Part shown: piece after piece, positions 1 through 7,583 of the stretch | Position numbering within the stretch: the first letter of the stretch is position 1 | Layout of the letters: the number at the start of each line of letters is the position of its first letter | DNA from: a bacterium | GTDB lineage: Bacteria > SAR324 > NAC60-12 | Assembly: GCA_965205865.1 (NCBI GenBank) | Contig: CBDBHR010000030.1 | Location: 416,001 to 480,000, forward strand | Direction: 5' to 3' | DNA length: 64,000 nucleotides | Position numbers and translations under genes: made by a program | The notes under the pieces: model-generated | Seen by the model: the letters and a program-made list of their open reading frames with translations, nothing else | Told to the model about the DNA's origin: nothing | The model's database searches: none

Positions 1-2
1 AG

Positions 3-1133
3 AAAAAGGGTATCACTTGTCAGCCAATTCCCAGCGTCCAACCCAAAAAACGCGATCTGTTGATTTCCTATCTGGAGGACGCGCCAAATTTTCAGGAAGA
101 GTTGGCCGATTTGTTCGGTGGTGAGGCACAGACCTTTGGTGATGCGGATTTTGCTGCGCGAACACAGCCTGTGCTTAAAGCCTTGAATGGCAAGTTGCAA
201 ACGGAGCCGAATCTGAAAGTTCGAATTCTGGCTCTGTGTTCACTCGACAAGGCACGGAAGCAAATTAGCCTGCATCGCCAGTTTCGTGTGCAGGACATCG
301 TTCGGGCAGCTGGTGACTGGAAGATCGGAGCTGCCAACACGCCGCCCGTTTCCATCTGGTTCTACGACAAGAATGAAAGGAAGCTCGTATGGAAAACCCA
401 TTTTGTCCCTCATCCACTTGAACTGACATCGGTCATAAATCGCGTCCGGAGTTCAGACCCCAGGTCCGGATTTAGATCCTCGTTCCAACGTGCTGTTACT
501 ATTTCAGACGCTTACGACGTATTCTTTGCCGACGGACCAATATCCGGGAGCAAGACGCGCCTTTGCTTTTCTCTTCTCTTGTATCGGATGTCTCCAGTCC
601 TCACCCGCCTCGGGGTCGTCAAGGCCGGACTGAATCGGAAAGGCTTGGGTGAGCCAGTTCGTTGGCAATGCAGGAAGGCGATTTCGCTCCTCGGCATTCT
701 TCTTCATCAACTCGGACACCTAAAGGATCAGTTTATGGAAGACTCAATCTATCAAATCGGGCGGCTGCTTGCTTTGGCTGACAGCCTGCATTTCCAATAC
801 TGTAAGTGGGTCCGTACTTCGGACAACAACCGCAAGTCTGGCAAGGTGGATGCGCCTTCCGAATTACTTGGTAACGCACTTTTCAACTTCGCCCTCGATA
901 ATCCAGTCGTGGCACTAGCCCGTCTCGCCGAGCGCATCCGGCCATACAAGGGCTGGGCAGACACATACTCTGACGAGAGCTCAGGATTGGTTCGTTGGTT
1001 TGTTCTTCAAATGGGCGAATGTGAACGTCATCTCGACGTCACTAAACTGCCCCCACGAATGGAAGACATTCACAAGGCCCAACTCCTTCTCGGCTACTTG
1101 GCCGACCACCCCAAAACTAAAACAGAGGATTAA
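3..1133 (+). CDS. cas8c: Cas8c-like large subunit, 5' end outside the window
   Basis: Frame open from the window start; C-terminal YQIGRLLALAD motif resembles Cas8c/Csd1 YxLGRLFA; lies directly upstream of cas7. Confidence 0.7.
   Translation, partial: KKGITCQPIPSVQPKKRDLLISYLEDAPNFQEELADLFGGEAQTFGDADFAARTQPVLKALNGKLQTEPNLKVRILALCSLDKARKQISLHRQFRVQDIVRAAGDWKIGAANTPPVSIWFYDKNERKLVWKTHFVPHPLELTSVINRVRSSDPRSGFRSSFQRAVTISDAYDVFFADGPISGSKTRLCFSLLLYRMSPVLTRLGVVKAGLNRKGLGEPVRWQCRKAISLLGILLHQLGHLKDQFMEDSIYQIGRLLALADSLHFQYCKWVRTSDNNRKSGKVDAPSELLGNALFNFALDNPVVALARLAERIRPYKGWADTYSDESSGLVRWFVLQMGECERHLDVTKLPPRMEDIHKAQLLLGYLADHPKTKTED
735..1133 (+). CDS. cas11: Putative internally translated Cas11 (132 aa), in frame within cas8c
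   Basis: AAGGA at 723-727, 7 nt before an in-frame ATG at 735 (MEDSIYQIGRLL); matches the known internal-start Cas11 arrangement of I-C systems. Confidence 0.55.
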   Translation: MEDSIYQIGRLLALADSLHFQYCKWVRTSDNNRKSGKVDAPSELLGNALFNFALDNPVVALARLAERIRPYKGWADTYSDESSGLVRWFVLQMGECERHLDVTKLPPRMEDIHKAQLLLGYLADHPKTKTED

Positions 1134-1137
1134 CCTT

Positions 1138-2049
1138 ATGAGCACTAAAGAGCAAAAAACCATAACCCAAGTTCCCCGGATCACTGGACTGCTCGTCATC
1201 GAAGTCCGTAAATCCAATCCCAACGGCGATCCTGAACGCGAAAGCTCGCCGCGCCAGCGGCCGGACGGCAAAGGTGAGATCTCACCGGTGTCCGTCAAAC
1301 GCAAGCTCCGTGATCTGGTCCTGGAAAAAGAGGGTGTGGTCTGGCAGGAGATCAAGGGCAAACTAAAAATTCAGAGTGACCGGCAATTCCAAATTTTGGA
1401 AGACCGCGGCCTCAAAAGAGCGGATGTAAGCAAACAGCTTTCGGAGGACTTCGAGGGCTTCAAAGGAACCTATTGGGATGGACGATTGTTCGGTAACACT
1501 TTCTTAGAGGAGGATGGCGGTGACACGATCCGCTCCGGTGTGGCACACTTTGGTGTCGGCATTTCTGTTGCGCCAATCGAAATTGAGTTTTCGACATGGA
1601 CGAAAAAAGCGCCGGCGCAGGAAGGCAAAACACGCGGTATGGCTCCAATGGCGTTCCGCGTCGTAAAACATGGCGTTTATGCCGTACCTTTTTTTGTCAA
1701 CCCCAGTTTGGCCCACAAGACGGGATGCACGAAACTCGACATAGGTCTGATGCTCGAGCTTCTACCACTAGCATACGCGCATACCCGATCGGTTATTCGA
1801 ACAATGGTCGAGGTAATGCACGTTCACGTTTTCACCCATAATAAGCCGCTCGGTTCGCTGTCGGATTTCGCTCTGCTAGATGCGCTCACGCCCCGAAAGA
1901 AATCGGATTCGGACAAGCCGTCAAATTCGCTGGACGAGTATGAGGTTCCTACTTGGGATGCTATTAAAGACGAACCTATCCGGGCCGGAGCCAATAAAAA
2001 TATTGCGGATTGCGGCACTTACCGTGACTACACGATTGAGAACGAATAA
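1138..2049 (+). CDS. cas7: Cas7 (Csd2-like) backbone subunit
   Basis: SNPNGDP...PR, SPVSVKRKLRD and YWDGRLFG motifs; ATG 4 nt after the cas8 stop. Confidence 0.9.
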   Translation: MSTKEQKTITQVPRITGLLVIEVRKSNPNGDPERESSPRQRPDGKGEISPVSVKRKLRDLVLEKEGVVWQEIKGKLKIQSDRQFQILEDRGLKRADVSKQLSEDFEGFKGTYWDGRLFGNTFLEEDGGDTIRSGVAHFGVGISVAPIEIEFSTWTKKAPAQEGKTRGMAPMAFRVVKHGVYAVPFFVNPSLAHKTGCTKLDIGLMLELLPLAYAHTRSVIRTMVEVMHVHVFTHNKPLGSLSDFALLDALTPRKKSDSDKPSNSLDEYEVPTWDAIKDEPIRAGANKNIADCGTYRDYTIENE

Positions 2050-2051
2050 AC

Positions 2052-2850
2052 ATGTCATCGCTCGCCAATCTGTCGCTTCTGGCCTATAGCGCCCGAAGAG
2101 GTGCGCCAGAAGAGAGCTACCATGAACATGTAGCCAATGTGCGCCGCCTTTCGGCCAAGTTTACCCGCGAAGCGGTAGCATACTCGTCGGCATGCTGGCG
2201 GGAATCATTTCAAACGGTGGTGGAGTTGGTAGCCACTTACCACGACCTCGGTAAGTTGGACGACATCTTCCAAGACATTCTGCGTCGTAACCGCCCCAAT
2301 AAAGAAGGATTCAATCACGTCGAAGCGGGCACCGCTCATCTCCTGAAAGGAAAGCTGGGTGGACTTCTCTTTCCGTACCGCCTTTCGTGAACGTTGCAGC
2401 TTGACCAGCCTGCTCCAGATCGCCGGACGGATCAGTCGTCACGACGAATACACCGAAGCCGAGGCGTGAGATTTTCGGCACGACGAATCTGACTCCCTAA
2501 ACCTACATCCTCACTTCAAGAGCTCGCAAAAGGTGCTTACTGATATGCTTGCCGAGTACGGCGAGTCTATCAGCCCGCAACACTGCACCGAAGCATTACG
2601 TCGAGAAGTTAATGCGGGCTTCGGAAAAACCGAAAGCATGGCTCGGCAAATCATTGCCGCTGAGAACAAGGAGGACTATCCCCAAGTTGCTCAACACTGC
2701 CGGATTATCACAGCGGAGACACACACGGCGCTTGTCTGTCAGGAATTGATTGACCGGTTTCAAACAAAAGATCCCAAACAATCTCCGATAGTCGTCCGCT
2801 TGAGTGTTGTTCCTCTGAAAATCGGGAAAAATAACTGTAAACCGGGGTAA
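2052..2850 (+). pseudogene. cas3: cas3 remnant with a large internal deletion
   Basis: HD-nuclease start (YHEHV, YHDLGK, FNH) joined near 2350 to helicase motifs V/VI (VDFSF, LLQIAGRISRH) in another frame, then an in-frame TGA near 2467; motifs I-IV absent. Confidence 0.8.
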
Positions 2851-3038
2851 CCACGCCGGAAAATGCCGTCTATTTGCAAAATACCAACACTTCACAGGGT
2901 GAATTATGCTGAGAACAGGTACCAACACTCAAGAGGGAGACTATCGAAAATCGAATAAAGGTTTATCGAAAATCATTTGACCGGTTCGCGCATTTGCTGG
3001 TATAATTTCATGATAATTTGCTGGTTTTTGCAACCAGC
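2851..3038 (+). promoter_or_regulatory. CRISPR leader
   Basis: Non-coding, AT-richer region directly 5' of repeat 1; repeats end in GAAAC on +; the mismatched repeat is distal. Confidence 0.5.
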
Positions 3039-3510
3039 GTCTCCCCTTGCTTCGGTAAGGGGAGCGGATTGAAACCTTCCTTCCCGGTCTGTTGATCTCA
3101 ACGCGCTTAGTCTCCCCTTGCTTCGGTAAGGGGAGCGGATTGAAACATCACGAATTCCTGCCAGGAATTCATTTGACGTAGTCTCCCCTTGCTTCGGTAA
3201 GGGGAGCGGATTGAAACTTAAAGAGTAACTATTCAGGTGCGAAAACACTGGGCTAGAGGTCGACAGAACCTCTAAATTGCGTCAAAATACCTCGAAAGTG
3301 GATGATTTAGTTCGCTTTTTCTAAGGAAAATACCCGCAAGCCCAGGAAACTCGCACCTGAATAGTTACCTTAAAGAATATAAATAGCTTGACAGAATTGA
3401 TCGTCTCCCCTTGCTTCGGTAAGGGGAGCGGATTGAAACTTTTGATGAGAGGCGAACCGTCGTTGGCTCCGTTGTCTCCCCTTGCTTCGGTAAGGGAAGC
3501 GGATTGAAAC
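3039..3510 (+). CRISPR. Array of five 37-nt repeats GTCTCCCCTTGCTTCGGTAAGGGGAGCGGATTGAAAC with four spacers
   Basis: Repeats at 3039, 3110, 3181, 3403 and 3474 (last has one mismatch); spacers 34, 34, 33 (after MITE removal) and 34 nt; 10-bp stem with cUUCGg loop and 11-nt 3' tail fit I-C. Confidence 0.97.
3225..3368. mobile_element. 144-bp MITE inside CRISPR spacer 3
   Basis: Perfect 18-bp TIR GTAACTATTCAGGTGCGA (25/30 when extended); 8-bp target duplication CTTAAAGA at 3217-3224 and 3369-3376. Confidence 0.92.
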
Positions 3511-3596
3511 GTGTTCTTTCGGTGGATTGTCTTTTGTGTTGAAAGGGTCGGCTTTGGTCCTTTAAGGAGGATTGCAACCTCCGGAGGAGACCGCTC

Positions 3597-3701
3597 ATGG
3601 CAAAAACGAAAGCCCCGATTCATAACAATTTCTTTCTGCGGCAGTTCAGTAATCTTCAGACCGCGCGCTCCTTTTTTGAAGAATATCTTCCTGCTTGGTG
3701 A
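3597..3701 (+). pseudogene. 5' fragment of an Rpn/YhgA-like nuclease or transposase
   Basis: GGAGGAG RBS; MAKTKAPIHNNFFLRQFSNLQTARSFFEEYLP resembles the YhgA N-terminus; cut off by the tandem repeat. Confidence 0.55.
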
Positions 3702-4257
3702 CTACCCCTGGATTCCTGCCTGCGCAGGAATGACAACAAAGGCGTAAAACTGAAAACTATTGATATTACTACTTATAATCAATTTCTTAAAATAATCCGG
3801 GCACCTTTCATTTTCCAGTTTACAGTTCCTCTGTCATCCTCGCGAAGGCGGGGATCCATCTTCGTGACTACCCCTGGATTCCTGCCCGCGCAGGAATGAC
3901 AACAAAGGCGTAAAACTGTAAACTATTGATATTACTACTTATAATCAATTTCTTAAAATAATCCGGGCACCTTTCATTTTCCAGTTTACAGTTCCTCTGT
4001 CATCCTCGCGAAGGCGGGGATCCATATTTGTGACTACCCCTGGATTCCTGCCCGCGCAGGAATGACAACAAAGGCGTAAAACTGTAAACTATTGATATTA
4101 CTACTTATAATCAATTTCTTAAAATAATCCGGGCACCTTTCATTTTCCAGTTTACAGTTCCTCTGTCATCCTCGCGAAGGCGGGGATCCATCTTCGTGAC
4201 TACCCCTGGATTCCTGCCTGCGCAGGAATGACAACAAAGGCGGCAAACTGTAAACTA
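3698..4257. repeat. About 3.4 tandem copies of a 166-bp unit carrying paired REP-like palindromes (BIME-like)
   Basis: Units start at 3698, 3864, 4030, 4196; each has GGATTCCTGCCYGCGCAGGAATGAC and GTCATCCTCGCGAAGGCGGGGATCC plus the inverted pair AACTGTAAACT/AGTTTACAGTT. Confidence 0.95.
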
Positions 4258-4609
4258 CTTTTTTCTATTTTTGAAGGCTCCCATAATTCGTATATTTATT
4301 AAAAATAAATGCCGACTTCTATATCTCAATACAAGATAAAGTTAATCATTAAACTTTATAAGTATGAGTTAATGAGTCGCCGTATAAAAAAAAGTCGACA
4401 AACATTCCCTGAGCGAGTAAACATTTTTTCCAACTTCCAAGGATGGTTTCAAACACGCCCGGAAGAAAAGTGGCGAAACATTCGATAGACTGCCCATGCC
4501 CCCAAGAAACCTGCCAGAAAATCAAAAAAATCCCTCCTGAATTCCCCTTGACACACCCATTTTCAAATGGTAAGGTCTTCTGTAAATTTTTATTTTTCCT
4601 ACTATATGG

Positions 4610-5467
4610 ATGGATATGATAACGTCATTATTTGCGATCAAGGTCGTTGCCGCTTTGGCGATTCTCGTTATGGGTATCGTCGGAGGTATCATCCCACTCC
4701 TGGTTGCCCGTCACGACACAAGCCGCCGCTTTATGTCGATGGGCAATGCCCTGGCAGGCGGTATCTTTCTCGGCGCCGGGTTCATTCACCTGCTGCCCGA
4801 AGCCGGCGAAGCGCTCGAGGAGTTGATCGACTACCCCCTGGCGCCGTTGTTGGTGGCAGTCGGCGTGCTTGTGCTGCTGCTTATCGACCGTGTTCTGTTA
4901 GAAACCAACCGTACACTCGATCCGGGGCAGGGCGAGAAGACTCACCAGCCCATCTACCCTTTAATTCTGTTTGTGGTACTGTCTATCCACTCCATTATCG
5001 CCGGCATCGCCCTTGGGCTCGAGGCTGAAGTGGCCGCTTCCTTGCTGGTCATGCTGGCCATCCTGTTCCACAAGGGATCGGCTGCTTTTGCCCTGATAGT
5101 CAGCGTGCATGTCTCAGGCGCTGACAGGAAACGCTTATGGACAGTCTTGACAATCTTTGTCTTGATGACGCCGTTGGGGATCGTGTTCGGTATGGTCGCC
5201 TCCGGCTTTTTTGAAGGGCGAGCCGCGTTGTTGATCGAAGGGAGTTTCAACGCGCTGGCTGCAGGGACCTTTATTTACATAGCCATCCTGGATATCATCA
5301 ATGTAGAGATGTCCAGGGTCGATGACCGCATTGCGCATTTCGTGCGCCGTTCATTACTCGGGGACGATGAGGTGGCAATGCCTTCGCATGATACGGATCG
5401 CATATTCAAGTTCGCGCTGGTATTCGTTGGCCTGAGCAGTATGGCAGCGATTGGGATCTGGGTATAA
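4610..5467 (+). CDS. ZIP family metal transporter
   Basis: GGIFLGAGFIHLLPEA, LSIHSII, ILFHKG and AAGTFIYIA motifs; multiple TM segments. Confidence 0.9.
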   Translation: MDMITSLFAIKVVAALAILVMGIVGGIIPLLVARHDTSRRFMSMGNALAGGIFLGAGFIHLLPEAGEALEELIDYPLAPLLVAVGVLVLLLIDRVLLETNRTLDPGQGEKTHQPIYPLILFVVLSIHSIIAGIALGLEAEVAASLLVMLAILFHKGSAAFALIVSVHVSGADRKRLWTVLTIFVLMTPLGIVFGMVASGFFEGRAALLIEGSFNALAAGTFIYIAILDIINVEMSRVDDRIAHFVRRSLLGDDEVAMPSHDTDRIFKFALVFVGLSSMAAIGIWV

Positions 5468-5491
5468 GAGTATCATTCCGCCGGTGACACT

Positions 5492-6487
5492 ATGAGTTCC
5501 AATCACGACAAACATAAAGGTGCTAGTCACAGCCACCAGGGTCACCATGGTCCGGGCAAACATGATCATTCCCACGAGTTGCGCCATGCCGGCAAGCGCA
5601 GCCTGATCGCTGCCTTTATTTTGATCGCCGTTTTTATGTTCGTAGAGGTTATCGGCGGCGTTTTGTCCGGCAGTCTGGCGCTGCTCGCCGATGCGGGACA
5701 CATGCTTACCGACGCGGCATCCATTGCACTGGCCCTGGTCGCTATGCTGTTCGCCGTGCGGCCTTTCTCCGTGCAACGCACCTTTGGTTATCATCGGCTT
5801 GAGATCCTGGCAGCCTTACTGAATGCACTGGCCCTCTGGCTGATCGCGGCCTGGGTGATAGTCGAGGCTTATGACCGCTTCACATCCGTACCCGAGGTAA
5901 AAGGCGGGCTGATGCTGAGCATAGGTATCATCGGTCTTGGCGTCAATATCGCCGCGGCCTGGATCCTCCATGGTTCCTCCAAACATAACCTCAACGTTGA
6001 GGGTGCCTTTATGCATGTTATCGCGGACCTGCTGGGGTCGGTGGGCGTCGTTGTATCAGGTACTCTTATCCTGGTTTTTGGCTGGACGCTTGCTGACCCC
6101 ATTGCCAGTGCGATCATTGCCCTTCTCATACTTATCAGCAGTTGGCGCCTGCTGGCAAAGGTCGTTCACGTGTTACTCGAGGGTACGCCCGAACATATTG
6201 ACGTGTATGATCTTTGCAGCGAATTGGAAGCGGTGGAAGGCGTCACCCTCGTCCATGACATCCACGTCTGGACACTCTCTCCAGGCAACGAGGCGCTCAC
6301 CGCGCACGTCCTCATCGATCCGGACTACCCGGGTGACATGGAAGACCTGCGTTTGCGCCTGCGGGAGATTGTTTCCCATGATTTCGGTATAGGCCATATT
6401 ACCCTTCAGGTGGAAAAGTCACTGGAGGGATGCACTGAAGATCACCATTTTGATCACCTGGTGGCCCATGTGCGCTCGACCGACTGA
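5492..6487 (+). CDS. CDF family Zn/Co/Cd efflux transporter (CzcD/ZitB-like)
   Basis: His-rich N-terminus; SLALLADAGHMLTD, TFGYHRLE, HVIAD and VHDIHVW motifs. Confidence 0.93.
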   Translation: MSSNHDKHKGASHSHQGHHGPGKHDHSHELRHAGKRSLIAAFILIAVFMFVEVIGGVLSGSLALLADAGHMLTDAASIALALVAMLFAVRPFSVQRTFGYHRLEILAALLNALALWLIAAWVIVEAYDRFTSVPEVKGGLMLSIGIIGLGVNIAAAWILHGSSKHNLNVEGAFMHVIADLLGSVGVVVSGTLILVFGWTLADPIASAIIALLILISSWRLLAKVVHVLLEGTPEHIDVYDLCSELEAVEGVTLVHDIHVWTLSPGNEALTAHVLIDPDYPGDMEDLRLRLREIVSHDFGIGHITLQVEKSLEGCTEDHHFDHLVAHVRSTD

Positions 6488-6686
6488 ATTCGTGCTATTT
6501 GTGCTTATGAGAAGATAAATCCGACTATCTCTCCGGTCGACTGACGAGGAATTGGGGTCAGGCCTGCGACTTTGGGAGTTTAAGTTTAAATTTCCGTTTG
6601 ATCTCTTCGACACGGTTTTGCAGATCAGGAGACTTTCTGATTTTTTGTCTCAGCTGATGGATTCTGGCACTGATCGTCGAATCATC

Positions 6687-7517
6687 TCAATTGAGCTTGT
6701 TTGCCAGCTCTCTGATTGTCGCGGACTTCAAGTTGAAAGCGATCATTCCAACCACGGCCAGCGCTTCACTGAACTTGCGGGACTGCCCCGCATTTTTTAA
6801 TTGTTCCTCCTCAATCCGATAAACCTCCGAAACCCGCTGAATAATCTTTTCTAAAGAAGGAGGCGCGTGAGGCTTCGTTTTCAGTTGCTCGAAAACAGAA
6901 CTCAGGAAATGATCTTCTCCGATTACTTCGGGATGAGTTGACCCTTTTTTAAAATTCACTTCGGAGGCGATTCCCCTTCTTTCATGAATATAAGTCGCAT
7001 AGAATTTCCTCGCCTCAGAACGATCTGAGGAAAAGAGAGACAATCCCAAGTCACAATGCAACCAATCCGGCTGCTTTCCCCCCAAATAAGCGGCATGGCT
7101 ACTCCAGGGAAATTCCGCCAATTCCTTGACGATTCCCGCTCGGGTCGGATTGAGGTGGATGTAACGTATTAAGGCAAGCAAATAGCGGTCTTGATCCACT
7201 AACAGAGCTTTGTAACGCCCTTGGAATAAGTGTCCGACTCGTTTTTGCCGTTTGTTGATCCAACGGGTGTAACGAAATGATACATTTTGCATAATCGGCG
7301 AAAGTGGCTGACTGCCGGTTTGGATGGCTAGATGCGCATGATTGTTCATCAAACAAAAGGCATGAATGCGATGATCAAAACGCGCATGACCCTCTGCAAG
7401 CAACTTGTAAAAATGATGATAATCCGTATGCTCGAAAAATAGGGCTTGTCCGCCATTGCCACGGAGCATGACATGATAAAGGGCGCCGGGGAAGTAAAGA
7501 CGAGGTTTGCGGGACAT
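6687..7517 (-). CDS. REP-associated tyrosine (Y1/HUH) transposase with a C-terminal DnaA-C-like HTH, prematurely terminated
   Basis: YHVMLRGN, FCLMNNHAHL, GHLFQGRYK and YIHLNP motifs; CGA>TGA at 6687-6689 compared with the copy at 15091-15584. Confidence 0.88.
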   Translation of the reverse strand: MSRKPRLYFPGALYHVMLRGNGGQALFFEHTDYHHFYKLLAEGHARFDHRIHAFCLMNNHAHLAIQTGSQPLSPIMQNVSFRYTRWINKRQKRVGHLFQGRYKALLVDQDRYLLALIRYIHLNPTRAGIVKELAEFPWSSHAAYLGGKQPDWLHCDLGLSLFSSDRSEARKFYATYIHERRGIASEVNFKKGSTHPEVIGEDHFLSSVFEQLKTKPHAPPSLEKIIQRVSEVYRIEEEQLKNAGQSRKFSEALAVVGMIAFNLKSATIRELANKLN

Positions 7518-7583
7518 TGGCAAAATCGGCTGAAGGGAGAAACTTAAAATTAAAAATCATAACTCCTGTTTCCCAAACTCGCA

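Noticed and set aside
2973-3623. ORFs with repeated FNPLPLPKQGET
   Set aside because: Translations of CRISPR repeats
3698-4257. Second CRISPR array
   Set aside because: Intervening segments are identical, so it is a tandem repeat
4260-4575. Possible IS end and transposase tail
   Set aside because: No partner end or diagnostic motif found
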